Source: Mantamonas sphyraenae STR306 (lineage: Eukaryota > Protista > CRuMs). Taken from it: a DNA stretch of 64,000 nucleotides. Under the pieces are notes generated by a model. That model did not search any database. It saw only the letters and a list, made by a program, of their open reading frames with translations, and had not been told where the DNA came from. A program made the translations under genes and the position numbers. The stretch lies in NCBI GenBank assembly GCA_026936335.1, contig JAPMXV010000030.1:248001-312000 (forward strand), written 5' to 3'. Every line of letters starts with the position of its first letter. The stretch's first letter is position 1. This document shows, piece by piece, positions 44,901 to 58,600 of this stretch.

Positions 44901-47581
44901 ATGAGCAGCACCGATGACGACTCATCCATCATTCTGTCCCGCCTGTCTCCGGAGAGCCAGGAGGCGGCGCAAACAGTGAGCAAGTTTGTCAAGCTTGCGA
45001 GTAGCATGGGCAACACAGCACGCCGCCTCATCCGTGGCCTGTCGGCCATTGCCAAGAGTCCTCCTGCGCAGGCGGAACCGACCAAGACGGCGCTTTCTGT
45101 TGTGTTGTTGCTGCCCTTTGCCGAGGACAAAGGAGGCGTGCTGCAAGAGGTTGCGGTTCAGTTTGCCAGCGTCGAAGAGGTGCAAGAGACCATCCAACGC
45201 TTCCACGTGGCGTACGACGTGTTTGCAGCCTGCGACTTGCGCGACGCATGCGATGCATTGGCCACCACATGGACCAATTTTGCTCTGGCTCTGGTCGACG
45301 CAGGCTACTTGGCCATAGCCCACCAGCAACTGGCCGAAATCATCGAAATCTACGTGCAGCTGGGCAAGATGGAAATGATCATTCAGACGGCGTCGTGCAT
45401 CCACGACCTGGCCCTGGTGGTGCAGAATATGGGCGACTTGCCGCAAGCCAACCTGCAGCTCACCGATGTTGTGGCCCTCTTCCAGCGCATCCACGGCACA
45501 GAGACGCACGCAGATGTGCTTGCAGCCATGCACAACACAGGTGTGTGTCTGGTCCAGATGGGCATGTACGAAGAGGCCGTGAACATCCTGCAAAAGGTGC
45601 AGGAGGGTCATCGCACACTCTTTGCCGACGACGCCAGCCACATGCAGCCGCTGCTGGCCGACTTTTCCTTGGCCACCGCCATGCACAAGTCGGGTATGCT
45701 TGAGGCCGTGAGTGACCTGTACATTGACCTGATTGGGCGTGTGAAGGAGCTGAGCAGGGAGTCGCCCAGCCCCGACCTCGCCTGCCTCACCTACCATCTG
45801 GCCTGTGTGTACAGCGATCTGGGTGACGCCGAAGTGGCTGCGGCCATGACGGAGATGGCCTTGGACCAGAATGTGGGCGTGTTGGAAGAGGTGCGTCCGT
45901 ACTGGGTGGACTACATGAGTTTGGACGACGGCGGAGGCCCGCTGGCCTTTGTGGCCCATGGGGTGTCGTTTCTGGGACGCAACGAGAACGGAGTGACGGC
46001 AGTGGGCGAGAATGGCCGCTATGTGGTGAGCATGTTTGCACGTCCAATGGACTGTGCTCGCAGGTTGCCGCTGACGAGCGGCAGCAACCAGGGCAGCCTG
46101 CGTGTGCAACGCAAGGGTTCGTTGCCGCCTCTGTTTTCGTTTACGCAGCTGCACGGCCTGCGGGACATCGAGCAACTGGACATGCGTGACATTGTGCAGG
46201 AGGTGTTGTCCTCCCTGATGACCACCACCAAACACCGAGCGGAGGAGGCGGAGAAGCGCGAGGCATCCACTACGGATGGCAGCAGCAAGGACAAGAGCAA
46301 GTCTGAGCCAGGAGGCGGCAGGGCGCACAAGGCACGCATGCAGTACGCGGTGTTGGAGAAAATGGCACAGCTGTGGCCCAAGTTTTTCGATCCGCAACGA
46401 GAGGAGTACCAGGACATGGAGCGAATGATGGATCTTGTGTCTGGCCTGGGCAAGCTGAGTGTGCGTGTGCACGGCACGGAGCAGCACGTGGACGTAGCAC
46501 ACACGCTGTTCTGCTTGAACCTGGTACTCCTGGAAAAGGGCCAGTACAAACAGGTGCAGGAGGGAATGCTAAAGGTCATTTCCATCCTTCAAGCCGTGTT
46601 GGGCTCAGAGACAAACGACGAGGTTGGTTTGTGCATGACTGTGCTGGCTCGCATCTACATCATTCGTGGCCTGTCCGAGTTGTCGCTCAAGACCCTGGAG
46701 CGTGCAGAAAACATCTTTGTACGACTGTACAAAACCAGCGTGAGCTGGGAGAACGCCGTGTGCCAGCACCACTTTGGTTCGCTCTTTCTCACCACGGGCA
46801 ATCTGGAGGGGGCCGTGCGAGGTTCACACGGGCGCTGGAAATCCTGCTGACGCTGCAGCAGACGGAAATGAGCCGCGCGTACGCCACAGTGCTCAACAAC
46901 CTGGCCTCAGTGATGTACCAGCAGGGCGACCTGGTACAGGCCAAGGATGCGCTGGTGCGTGTGATCGACATCCTCAGCATGTGCTCGGAGGCGAGCTCGG
47001 ATGCAGGCGAAATGGCGTCGGCACTGAGCAACCTCGGCTCCGTGTTGGGCTCGCAGGGCGAATATGTGCTTGCGCGTGAGTGTTACGAAAAGGTGCTGAG
47101 CATCAAGCACATCGACTACGATTCGTTGAACCTGAACGCGGCGCAGACGATCCACAACATCGGCACGGTGTTGTACGATGAAGGCGAATACCAAGCGGCA
47201 CAGGAGCGCTTCCAGGTGGCCCTGCGCATCATGCTGGAGGAACTTGGAGAGAAACACACCTCGCTCAACATCACCATCCAATATCTAAAGGCATGCGAGG
47301 AGAAACTGGGCGGAAAGACAGACAAGGAGGAGGCCGGGAAATCCAAGAGCAAAGGGGACGGGAGGAGCAACAGCTCATCAACAGGGACACAGAGATCGGC
47401 CACGCGAAGGAGCAAGCGCCGAAGCACGGATGGTGCGGGCAGCAGCAGCAGAGGCCACAGTCCAAACGCAGGCGGCGGAGGAAGCAGTGGAGGCCTGGAC
47501 GACGCTGCCATGCGCGAGGTGGTGTCTGGGGAAGGTGGAGGCAAGAGGCGGCGAGGCAAGCGAAGCAGTGCGAATGGATGA
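44901..47581 (+). CDS. TPR-repeat protein (kinesin light chain / NPHP3-type TPRs); frameshift at ~46820
   Basis: Repeated motifs such as AMHNTGVCLVQMGMYEEA, ATVLNNLASVMYQQGDLVQA and ASALSNLGSVLGSQGEY. Confidence 0.75.
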
Positions 47582-47624
47582 GCTTCATTGCTTGTTTCCA
47601 TTGCAGATTTGTTTGCAGAACAGA

Positions 47625-49502
47625 TCATCCGCCTCGTCCGGCTTTGGCTTGGGCTTCCCGGATGGATTGCAGGAGGGCAGAGGCCTGTGCATGGACAGCG
47701 AGTCGCTCGTCAAAGAGCTGTTCGGCGTAGGCTTCGGCAGCGTCGAGTTCACGGATGTTGAGGCAGTGGTTGGCAAGGAAGGAGATGGCTTCGACGAGGG
47801 TGCTGTCCTGCAGCTCGTCGCGCTTGTCCAGCACAAGCTGGTAGTAATACGCAGCCTTGTCATCGTTGCCCACAGAGGCAAAGAGCTTGGCCAGCTTGGT
47901 CTTGGCGAGGGTGTCCTGGTCCTGGGTGCCATCAGCGCGCTCGTAGCACTTGATCGCTTCTGCGGTGCGTCCGGGCAAGTTTTCGTAGCAGTGGCCCAGG
48001 GCAGTCCACATGCGCGAGTCATATGGACGGATGGTGGCGGCCTTTCCATAATAATACAGGGCGTAGAAGGGCATGTTGAGGATTTCGTAGGTTTGACCGA
48101 GGGCGTACCATGCGCGGTAGTCGCGCGGGTTGATGTCCACAGCCTGACGGTAGGCTTCGATGGCTGCAGCTGTGTTTTTCATCTCCACATACTCGTGTCC
48201 CATCAGGGTCCAGGCGCTGAGGAAGCGTTTGTTGAGCTTGAGGGCGCGACGGAAGTACATCACCGCCTTTTCGTGCTCCGCCTTGAGTGAATAGTAGTTG
48301 CCGATGATACAGCAGGTCTCTGGGCGTACTTGTCGGTTTGATTTGCGTTGTGTGCGAGCTTGCTCAGCGCTGCGCTGGACTCCTTGACGTAAAGGATGTT
48401 GGAAAAGGTGTCCATGTTCTCGAGTCGGTACGGATCCTTGGTGCGCACGCTTTCAAACAGCTGTTCGCTGTCATCAAACTCGCGCATGTTGTACATAGCC
48501 ATGGCTGTCTGTGCCTCCAGGTAGGTGCTGTCCGGGAAGGTGTCTGTGAGCGAATTGAGGAGCTGCAAGGCACGCTCGTTCTGCTGCATGTCCAGTGTGT
48601 AGTGTGCCAGGAAGAACGTGCTCATGATGTGGTCGGGCAGGGTGAGCTTGTCCACAGTTTCCACCTGGTCACACAGTCGCGCCAGTTCCAGCCACGCTGC
48701 CCAGTTGTACGGCGCCAGCTCCACTGCACGCAGCAACAGGGCACGCACTTCCTCCACGGGTGTCTCCAGCTTGTTCAACACAAGGGCATACAGATAGTGT
48801 TCGTACCCGTCCAGGGGAACCTTGTGCGCCTGTGTCTCGTCTGCCTCGTCTGCGTCCAACAGGCCGCTCTCTTTGCTGCTGTACGCCTCATAGCACTCTT
48901 GCAGCTCCTCTCGGATGCCCTTGAGCTCCTCATTGACCAGTTGCTGTTCGATCTTGCCCTTCAGTTCCAACTGTTTCTCGTCCTTGCGCTTCTCACCGGC
49001 CTGGAGCGGGAATTTGGCGCGCGCCCTTTGCGTGAGCTGCCGCGCAGGCGTGCAGGTGGGCAGGAAACCGGAAAAACAGGTGCCCCCACGCTCGCACACA
49101 ACTTACCAAATACATTGAATAGAGGCGGAGGAAGCGAGCCTGGTGGCCGTGGCACTTTGCGAGCGCGTGTGCGGCGCGCCGGTACTCGCGCAGATCAAAA
49201 TAGCTCTTGCCCAGCAGGAAGACAGAGGTGTTGTCTACGGGCCAGGGCTCCACCACCAAAGTGGGATTCCACGTAGAGATCTGCTCCCCGTAGCCTGCAT
49301 CGATGCCGACCGACTGCTCGGCGAGCCTGGAGCGAGGTTGTGTGACGGGCGAGTTCGAGTGAGTGAGTGGTGAGTTGTTCCGTGGGCCCTTGCTCACGCG
49401 GCAAACAGCATACCAGGTGGTTGTGTTGAGCAGACCTCGTGCAGAGGCTTCTTGCACTGCAACAAGCAGCTCCTGTGCGTTTGTGGTGTCTGTGGTTTGC
49501 AT
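47625..49502 (-). CDS. CDC23: Anaphase-promoting complex subunit 8 (Cdc23); introns, frameshift at ~48320
   Basis: [33 protein letters not shown] and [44 protein letters not shown]. Confidence 0.93.
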
Positions 49503-49551
49503 TGTGGGGCTGGTGTTGTGTTTGCGACGAGGGCGTCACCAACAAAAGTCC

Positions 49552-49615
49552 ATGTCCGAATCAATGGAGTTTAGCTCGCCCAGCGAGTTTGAAGTGCTTG
49601 AGGTGTTGGGTGGGT

Positions 49616-49654
<39 letters not shown>

Positions 49655-50712
49655 TGGCAGTGACGTCTTGCTCACCCGGGGGTGCAGACAACAGGGGCAA
49701 GCAGGTAAACGTGCTGGCACGTGTGCGTAGCGAAAGAACCACTGAAAAGGGCGAGGAGGATGGGGATGAGGAGGAAAAGGCTGTGATTCTGCTGAAGCGC
49801 AGTGATTTGGAAGAGGAACACGTACAGGCGATCTTTTCGGCAGCGAGGAGCAGCGGCTCGTCGTTGTCGAGCACAATGATATGTAAGAAAGGATGGAAAG
49901 AGTGTACAAGTGCACTCGGATCCACTGACACTGGCAAACACGGCCCAGTTACCGTCAGTACCGCGTGGAAACGGCGTCGGCAAGCAACCCGATGACAATG
50001 GACGTCATCTACCCTGCGACGCAGAAGCACATCCGCAAGGTAAGTCAGCCTCAAGTGCACTGCAATGAGAAAGAAAGGAAGTGAGCCATGCGACATACAT
50101 GGAGATGTGTGCTGACCACCACCGCGTGTGTGGCAGAACCGCTTCCAAGAGCACTTCTTGCTGCGAGAGACGCCGCAGGTGTATGCAGAAAAGACGCTGC
50201 CGTGGATCGAGAGCCAACCAGAGTCGGATTTGCAGTGGGTGTACAACATCCTGGAGGGCAAGGCAGAATCTGAAGCCGTGGTGTACCGTGACGAGCAGCT
50301 GCTACTGCTTCCGGACTTTCTGAAGGGCGGCGACCAGCAGACGAGCAAGCTGTACCTGCTGATGCTGGCCATGGAACACGGGATCCGCAGCATGCGCGAC
50401 CTGCGCGAGAGTCACCTTGAGTTGCTGCGTCACGTGCGTGACACGGTGCCCAAAGTGGTAGCGGAACAGTACGGCCTACAACGCGATCAACTGAGGTTGT
50501 ATGTGCATTATCCGCCTTCGTTTTATCATCTACATGTGCACGTGGTGAATGTGAACCACATGCTGGGCTGGGGCCAGCAGGCAGGACGTGCTCACTTGCT
50601 GGAGCACGTCATCAGCAACCTCGAGCTGCTTCCGGACTACTACGAGCGTGCCACGCTGCAGGTGGACGTCGGGCAGTCGGATCCCCTGTACGAAGCGCTG
50701 ACAAAAGAGTAA
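49552..50712 (+). CDS. DCPS: Scavenger decapping enzyme DcpS (HIT family); introns
   Basis: QWVYNILEGKAESE, IRSMRDL, YVHYPPSFYHLHVH and RAHLLEHVISNLE. Confidence 0.9.
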
Positions 50713-50732
50713 AAGAGTAGCTCATGCGGGAA

Positions 50733-51286
50733 TCAACGCTTGGTCACCTTGTGTGCCAGCGCAGCCACGTTTTGGTCGAAGCGCTTGCTGGAGATGCTGG
50801 TGCCCGGCACGTAGAACGGGTTGCACAGCACGTCCACGTAGCAGTTGTGGAATCCAGAGAAGAACTGGAAACCGCAATGAGGTGGGCGTGCGTGGGAGGA
50901 GGCGCGCGTAGGGTTTTGTGTGAGCGAGTGTGTGGTGTGTGCGTGTGGAAAAGTGGGGGATGGCAAAGCCCTCTCACCGTGCGCAGGTCGCTGTCCTTGG
51001 TGTCCTCCTCGTCGACCACGACGACAAACTTGATGTTTGTGTTGGTTACGTAGCCATAGACGCGGTAGTCTTCGGTGGGGAACAGCATGCCCAGGTAGTT
51101 GTCTATCGAGCCCGAGGAAGACGACGAGGAACTGTTGCCCGAGCTCCCTTTGCTCAGCGACATCTTCTCCTCGATCAGGTCAAGACTGGTGTGAATAATG
51201 TACACAAATTTAAGATCATCGCCCACCGAGCGGATGTACAACGGGTTGTTCGTTTTGCCAATCACGGCTGCACACACCACAGGCAT
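50733..51286 (-). CDS. TRAPPC2L: TRAPP subunit 2-like (sedlin family); one intron
   Basis: AVIGKTNNPLYI, HTSLDLIEEK, YLGMLFPTEDYRVYGYVTNTNIKFV and YVDVLCNPFY. Confidence 0.9.
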
Positions 51287-51323
51287 CAGGTTTTGTGCGC
51301 TTCGTTCGTCGTTCGTCGTGGCC

Positions 51324-52748
51324 TCACAGGCGCAGGGCCGTCGCCACACTGCTCGACGACGACGATGACGAGGGTGTCGAAACCACGCTTGCGTCGTCCA
51401 TGTCTGCAAACAGGTTGGATGAGGACGTCAGCACGTCCGGTGTGCGTTGTTCAGGAACAGGTGCGGACGGATGTTCCACCGTTTCCTTCTGCGGCCAGTT
51501 TGCCTCGTATGCACTGTGCGACGGTGCCGATTTTGTGTGAGCTCGTGTAATTTGTGCTGGAGAGTGCGAAAGTGGCATCGTGCGGCGTCACGTACCTCCA
51601 AATGATGTCCACGCAGGGCTCGAGCGCGTCAAGCGCCCAGCCACCGCCAGTGCACATGTGCGTGCTCCAATCGTCCATTTTCAGCGCGCGGCGTGCGCAC
51701 ACAAGCGCACTCATGCATACCTGCGAGGGAAGAAACTTCAAGCAGGTGTGTTCTGTGCGTGCGGGGTCAGTGTCGGAGGTTGGTTCAAATTCCACTGCAC
51801 ACCTTTTTTTCGCGCGGAACGCAAACTTTCGGCTCGCCGATACTCACCTTGTTGGGCGATCTCGAGGAAAAAGTCGCAGTAGCGCCGCGTGTACTTGCGC
51901 ATCTTGCGTGTGGTCATGTTCAGGGGCGCATCCACGCACGCAAAAGGCAGGAAGTAGCTGAGAAAGTCGTCGGCCGTGATCCGCAGCAGTGCCCACTCCA
52001 GGCGTGTCAGCACCAAAAACTCCATTTCTCGGTACTCGTTCTTGGTGACGGTGTCGCCGCCCAGTGTGTGCAGGATGTGGTCCACAGAGAGCTGGTACAC
52101 TTCCAGAAACTTGGCTGTGCGAGGTCATGGCCGCAAGGGGCGTGTGTGAGCAGGACGTCACACATGTGAGGAAAATCCGCGCCACACCTGCACAAACGGC
52201 GCAAACTCACCTGCAAGGGACAGGCAGCACAGAGAAACCAACTCCAGCTGATCCTTGGACACGCAGACACGCGCCATCAAAATGTCCATGTACACAATGG
52301 CCATGTGGATTGTGTGCGAGGGCATTTGAAGGTCGGCGCCCACGTCGCTCAGGTAGTCCACCACGTGGCGCCGGTATGCGTTGTACGGCCGCTTCACGTC
52401 GTATGCAATCATGTCCATCTGGTCGACTTCCCTCCTGCGCAGCTGCTCCAGCTGCTGCACAGCCATCTCGCTAAGCGGGCTGACCAGCACCCGCTTCTTT
52501 TCCTGCGACGCCACCCTCTCTGCACACGGCTTGGTTGTGTCTTCCATCTCCGCTTGGCTGTGCCCCTGCACACTTGCATTCTCTTCGCCCAGGCTGGTGT
52601 CGCCAAACTTGCGCTTGCGTCCACTGCCTCCGTTCCCGTCGCCCTGGCGCGTGTTTTCGTTTTCCTTGTCCACCTCGCACAGCACCAGCGTCTTTGTACG
52701 TTGCTGGCCCATGTGCAAGGGCTGGGCAGTGTCCACGTAAGCACTCAT
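51324..52748 (-). CDS. Cyclin (cyclin J-like cyclin box); introns
   Basis: RRHVVDYL..TIHMAIVYMDIL..LELVSLCCLSLA(A)KFLE and EMEFLVLTRLEWAL. Confidence 0.75.
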
Positions 52749-52926
52749 GCACACAGACAGGGGTGGGGAGGCAAGCGGGGGTGTTTTCGTTGGACCGGAT
52801 GAAGCTGCGCGCGTTTGCAGCGTTTGCAGGACAATTCTGGTTCCCTCTCTCTCTCATTCTCTTTTTGCTGTGTCTCCATCCATTCCTTGCTTCCTTCTCT
52901 CTCTCACTCTCAAAACAACAACCCGT

Positions 52927-55496
52927 TCACATGCGCTCCATCGGCTCAATGGTGAGCAGGCGCAGACAGTTCTCGATGACGGTCTTGAACGTGCGGACGA
53001 GATGGATGCGCGCATGCATGGACGGGATGCCATCGCCCTTTTGCAGGATGCGCACGCGTGCGTAGTACGAGCTAAAGTCACGCACAAACAGAGTGACAAA
53101 CTCGCTGACCTTGTGCAAGCCAAAGTCGGGCAGCTGCGGGGCCGATGGCACCTTGGGCAGCGCCGCCTGCTTGACCATGGAGGGCATCTCCAGGACATAG
53201 GTGAGGAACAGCTCCCACTCCTGCTGGTCGTCCAGCAGCGAGTAGTCGATGTCCTCCAGGGAGGGCAGGGGCTCGCAGTCGCCACGCTCCACCTTGGCGT
53301 CAAACTTGTGGAAGAGGGTGTTGAAGCGGGCGCTGTTGTACAGCAAGAAGGGCGCCGAGCTGTCCTCGAACGACGTCACCTTCTTGATGTCAAAGGAGAT
53401 GACAGTGCGCGCGGCGCTGCTGAGGAGGGCATACTTCATGGCCGCGGTGGACACCTCGTGCAGGACCAGCTCCTCCTGCTCCTCGTCCAGCGTGCTCTCA
53501 CGCGCCTCCATGTTCTCCTGGATGGAGCTGCGCAGCTCATTGTACAGCTCGTCTGCCAGCAGGTAACGTCCACGGCGTCCGCTCATCTTGCCCGTGGTGA
53601 GCTTGACCACCTCGTAGTTGAGATGATACATCTTGCGCTCGGCCTGCGGGTGCAGCAGGTTCAGCGACAGGGCCACCTTTTCCTGGGCCAGATTCTGCTC
53701 GGCACAGATCACGTTGATGATCATGTCCGCCTGCGCCTCCTTCTTGAGCGAGTAGACGACGTCGCGGAAGGTGTACAGAGTGCTGTAGTCCGGGCGCAGC
53801 ACATACAGGTTGGGGTACTTCTTCTGGTAGCCCTTCTTGCCCACGGGCAGGCCTGCATCCGAGATAAACTCGCTCAGGGCGAGGTAGCCTCCTTCGGGCA
53901 CGCCCTTGTCGTTCTTGTCGGTGGGCGGCGTAAAGTACGGCGACGACTTCATGATGTCCAGCACCTGGTCGTTGCTTCCATCCCATCCCAGCTCCGACTC
54001 GTAGTCCCACTGGTCGTGGCGCACGCGGTACGTGTCCAGGGTCTTCTGGATGCCCGAGAGGCAGTCGTTGACCATCTTGCGGAAGATGGCCACAGCCTCG
54101 GGTTCGCAGCGCTCGTAGGCCAGATTCAGCTTGCCTGCAGCCACCTTGATGGGCTCATCCAGGCTGATGCACTCGGCCAGCAGGGCGGCGTGCAGCTCGG
54201 GCTGGCGTTCCTTGAGGTCGGCGTAGATGTCCAGCCATTCGGGCAGCTTCTCGGCCAGCTTGGCATCGACACCCTCGCCAGCTTCGACGGCAGTGCCTGC
54301 TTGCAGCTTCTCCTCGAGAGTGGTGAGGTCGACGCCGCACTTTTGCAGCTCGGCAAAGGTGTTCATGATGGCGTACATGAGGCCAATCCACTGGTCGATC
54401 TTCAACTGCGGCTCCAACTTCTCGTAGATGCGCGTGTAACCCAGGGCAGTGAGGCCAATCTGAGCACCCAGGTCGTTGACGTAAAAGTGCTGGCGGACGT
54501 TGTAGCCGACGGCGGCGAGGAGCTGGGTCAGGTGCGAGCCGACCAGCACGTTGCGCAGGTTGCCAATGTGCAGCGGAGCGTTGGGGTTGCTCGACGTGTG
54601 CTCCACCAGCGCCGTCTTGCCCTTCATCTCCTGGCACTTGCCGTAAAAGGTGCCCAGCGTCTGCACCGCGGAAATGCACAGCTTGTACACAAGCGGTCGG
54701 TTCAGCATCACGTTCAGGTATCCTGCCGTGGCGTCCACAGACACCACATACTTGTCACTAGCCTCGCCGCGTTCGCTCTGTAAAAGTGGACGGCCATTTG
54801 CGTGTGCGTGCAGCGTGTCCCACGACGGCGGGTGTGTCAGCGGCGTGCAAGCCACCTCTGCCAAAATGCACTCGGGCGATTCGCCGAAACGTCCGCGCTG
54901 CGTTCGCGTGCCTCGTGTGTGTCCACGCGGCTGCACAGCAGACAAGTAGCATGGACATAGGGTGTAGCACACGTGCGTTTCTGGGCAGGCGGCGTCTGTG
55001 AAGCGTGGCGCTGGGCAGGAAAGAGAGGGCTGGCACTCACCAGCTTCGCAGTCAACTCCTCGGCGAGCTTGGCCGTCAGGTCGTTGGGCTTCATCTTGAG
55101 GGCAGCAGCCTGGCGGTTCATCTGGAAGGTGACATCGGCCTGCTTGAGCTGGCGCGACTGTGGATATGTGTGGCGCCGGGTGTGTGTGCGTGGAAGCACG
55201 CGAGAATCGAGGAGGGTCAGCCGAGACGGATCAAGCACACGCCGTCGCCGGAAGATGGCAAGTCGGAAAGTAGGCAAGAGGGAAAACGGGCACGGGACGC
55301 AACGCGATGTGGAAGAGCGTACCTTTGTGGGCAGGGGCAGGTCAAACGAGGCGTACTCGGTGCCTGCGAGGAGCTCGCTGACCTCGGCCTGGATCGACTC
55401 CATGAGGGGCTCCATCAGCACGGGGTTCTGGGTAAACTCTCCGCTCATGTCCGGGAATTGGCCCTGGCTGGTGCCCACGGTGCTGCTGCTCACACC

Positions 55497-55536
<40 letters not shown>

Positions 55537-55538
55537 AT
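52927..55538 (-). CDS. argS: Arginyl-tRNA synthetase (prokaryote-like sequence type); introns in the 5' part
   Basis: VEHTSSNPNAPLHIGNLRN, FYVNDLGAQ, KMSGRRG and PFLLYNSARF; ends IEPMERM*. Confidence 0.9.
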
Positions 55539-55612
55539 GTGTGGTGAGTGGGTTATCGGTGGACGCGCTCGCGCGCTGCGGTCGCTGCGCAAACACATTC
55601 CCCCCTGTCACC

Positions 55613-58600
55613 ATGTCTGAGCACGACATTCACGTGCCCAGCGTGCCGATGGAGGGTAGCGTATGGACGGCACAGGACGACCAGATGTCGATTGGCCGCG
55701 CCGAGGGGCCTGAGGAAGAGCAGCAGGGGCTGCAGACGCCTCAGGCAAGGCCGCAGCCGCATGTACGACAGATTCAGACATCATCGCCGGCACGCTCGCC
55801 CATGAGTGTCAAAGTAGTCACACTGTCGCCGTTTGGGGAAGAACCGCAGGGCGGGCGGAGTGGAACACAAACGACGAAACGCTCGCGGTCGGCGGCAGCA
55901 GCAGCAGCAGCAGCAGCAGCTGGCTGCAGGCACAGGATCAGGACCTGACGGCAGACGACTTTGCTCAAAGCAGCCGACGCACACGAGATGAGGAGCACGA
56001 CGGAGTGCAGTCCTCGTCGACGCCCAAGGTTGTGTGGAACAAGGCGGGCAAGCCTGGCGTGACGGGCCGCGTGCGAACAATGGACTGGATGCCAGACTCA
56101 CCAGGGTCTACCGTGTCCAGCATTGCGCCTGTGGGCGAGGAACACCCGCTACAGTGGCGAAACACCATCAAGAAGGAAGTCAAGGCACGCAGCAAGCTGT
56201 TTGAACGCACGCAAGCTCGGGCAAGGCGCCGCGCTCAACACGGCCGCGCGTCGTCGCGCACAGGATCTCCCATGGGTTCACCAAGCACACCCGCGCGTGC
56301 ACAAACCTCACTGGCCATGGCAAAACCGCGCAAGGTGGTCCGCGTGGGTGATCTGTCGGCCATGCTGGACGAAAGCAGGCTGGAGCGTTCGCGGTCAGCG
56401 CTTGGCCAGCTCTCAGGCACGCGGCGCAGTCCGAGTGCACTTGCGGCCCAACAGCGCGGAGCAAGCAGCCGAGCAAGCAGCGTGTCTTCGATGGCCAGCG
56501 GCCACGATCAGAGCTTTGCCACGTTTGTGCACCGCAATCTGGTTGAGGAGATTGACAACCCTCTGGCAGAGAGCAGTGCCAGGATGGACACACGACGCAG
56601 CGGGAACGAGGGCCACAGTGACCAATGGGCGGAGAAGAGCCGGTATGGTCGGTTGCATGTGGCATCACGTGCCGAGTCGCGGCTGGCGCAGAAGCTGAAT
56701 CACAGCCAGGACGAACTGGCACAGGTGCACCTGGAAGAGTTTGACACACCGCAAAAGTACGAAACACGCAGCAACGAAGAGTGGATGACGCATGCCTATG
56801 ACGAAGAGCTCGGCGGCGTGCCATGCTTCTCGCGGTGGTTTGACAACCAGGGCCAAGGCGAGTGGATGCCCTGCAAGGCGGTGGACTACGACGCCACCGA
56901 TCAGATGTTCCTCATTGAATGGATCGAGTGGAAAGAGAGCGCAGAGGATGAGGCAGAGGCATTGCAGGCGGCTGTAAACGACGGGGCGCTGCCTGTTCCG
57001 GGCGAGCGCAAGTGGGCGTCACGCCTGAACGTGATGTTTGCCGGCGAGAACGCACGACTGTTTGCCAAGCGTGTGCAAGAGGCCAAGAAGAGGCGCGAGG
57101 CGTCGGTGCGTTTGCACCAGAGCCTTCTGGAGCTGAAAGAGGCGAAGGAAACGACGGCGATGGTGATGCAGCTTAACAGCTCACTGCAACAGGAGGAGTA
57201 CGAAGAGGAGGGCCCATCGATTGACGCCGCTCAATTGCGTGCCATGCTTCAGCGAGTGGGGTTGCCGCGCGAGATGCAGGCAACCCACCGACCGCACATC
57301 ACTGCCATGCTCAACGAGATCCAAGGCGACTATGCAGAGATCATCGACGTGTTTTCAGAGTATTTGGACCCTAGTGCGCCTGACTGGACCGCCAGCATGC
57401 AAGAGCGCATTGCACACGAGCTAGAGCTGTTGGAGCATGAGTTGTTGCTTGCAAAGCAGCGGCAGGCGTCCATTGCGAGTCGATTGAGCATTGGACAAGT
57501 CAAATCATCAGCAAACGAGTCTGTGGATGATCTGGAGGAGTCTGAGGAGGACGGGGATGAGGAAGAAGAAGAGGAGGAGGAGGAAGAGGAAGAGGAGGAG
57601 GAAGTAGACGAAGATCAGCAGCGGCTGCAACAGCTTCAGCTGATCACGTCGGGCGTACAAGCAGCACGAGAAAGGCAGCAGGCGCAAAGCCAAGCTGTGT
57701 ATGCGACCTTGGACTTTGAACAGTTCCGGGAGCGGCGAAGGGAGCTGCGTCGTACGATGGCGCAGGCGGACCAGTCTGTGCTTGGGGCTCTGCAGTCGTG
57801 CCATGATTTTGTGCATTTGATGTTTGGCAACGCGCTGCTCGAGGTGGACATGCGTGCAGCACTGAATGTGGAGCAGTGGCACGCGTTCCTGCGCGAGCAG
57901 ATGAGCCACTTCTTTTTCGATCTGAAGACGGCGATCCTGACCACGTGTGTGGAGGTGGTGAACTACTCCATCAACACACGCAGCAACACCGAGAAACACA
58001 TCCACAGGTACCAAAAGCTGGTGCGGCTGGTCAACCAAATCTTGGAGGGCAAGCTGCACACAGTGCTTCCTGAACGGCTGCGTGCGTACGCTGCTCATCT
58101 ACAACGTTTCGTGCCAGCACAGGCGTTTCGCAACCTGGAGAGTGGTGGGAGTGGCAGCTCAAGCAGCAGCAGCGGCAGCGGCGGAAGTTCTTCCACCGGA
58201 CACGTGCAGGGCAAATCTGCTTCGGGACTGGGCTCAGGAGGCGTGATGCCAATGGGGGCGCGGATGAAGCAGCGTGGCGGTGGACAGCGCTCGTTGGCCA
58301 TGTCGTTGCAGCGCACTGCGGCGGCGAATGCGAGCGCAAACGCTAGCGCGGCGCAGCCCATGATCTGGCTGCCGGAGAGTCAGAGCCACAACGACGTGAA
58401 GCCGATATTTGCGTCGAGTCTGAGCATGCAGGCGAGTGAGAAGCACGCGGGCAGGTGGGTGCTGGCGTTTGACGAACCGTTGACGCACTTTCGTGATGTG
58501 GCGCTGGACACAGTCAACCGCCTGGTCCTCTTGTCCAAGACGGTGCCGTCGTTTGAAGCGCCGATGGTGGCGTTTCCAGACACGTATCGTCCCGCGGAGT

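Noticed and set aside
52747-54783. 678-aa plus-strand ORF and similar long antisense ORFs (18482..20254, 20184..22046, 28993..30513, 44922..46502)
   Set aside because: They are in-register mirrors of real genes and carry no motifs of their own.
4900-55900. Recurrent frameshifts in conserved genes (kinase, USP ~20330 and ~22070, GH47 ~27600, SPT20 ~33850, RNASEH2A ~43830, TPR ~46820, CDC23 ~48320, dynein ~55870) as programmed frameshifting, RNA editing or pseudogenes
   Set aside because: Most are repaired by adding one C or G to a short run, they share no slippery motif, and they hit essential genes. This is best explained as long-read consensus error; short-read polishing would settle it.
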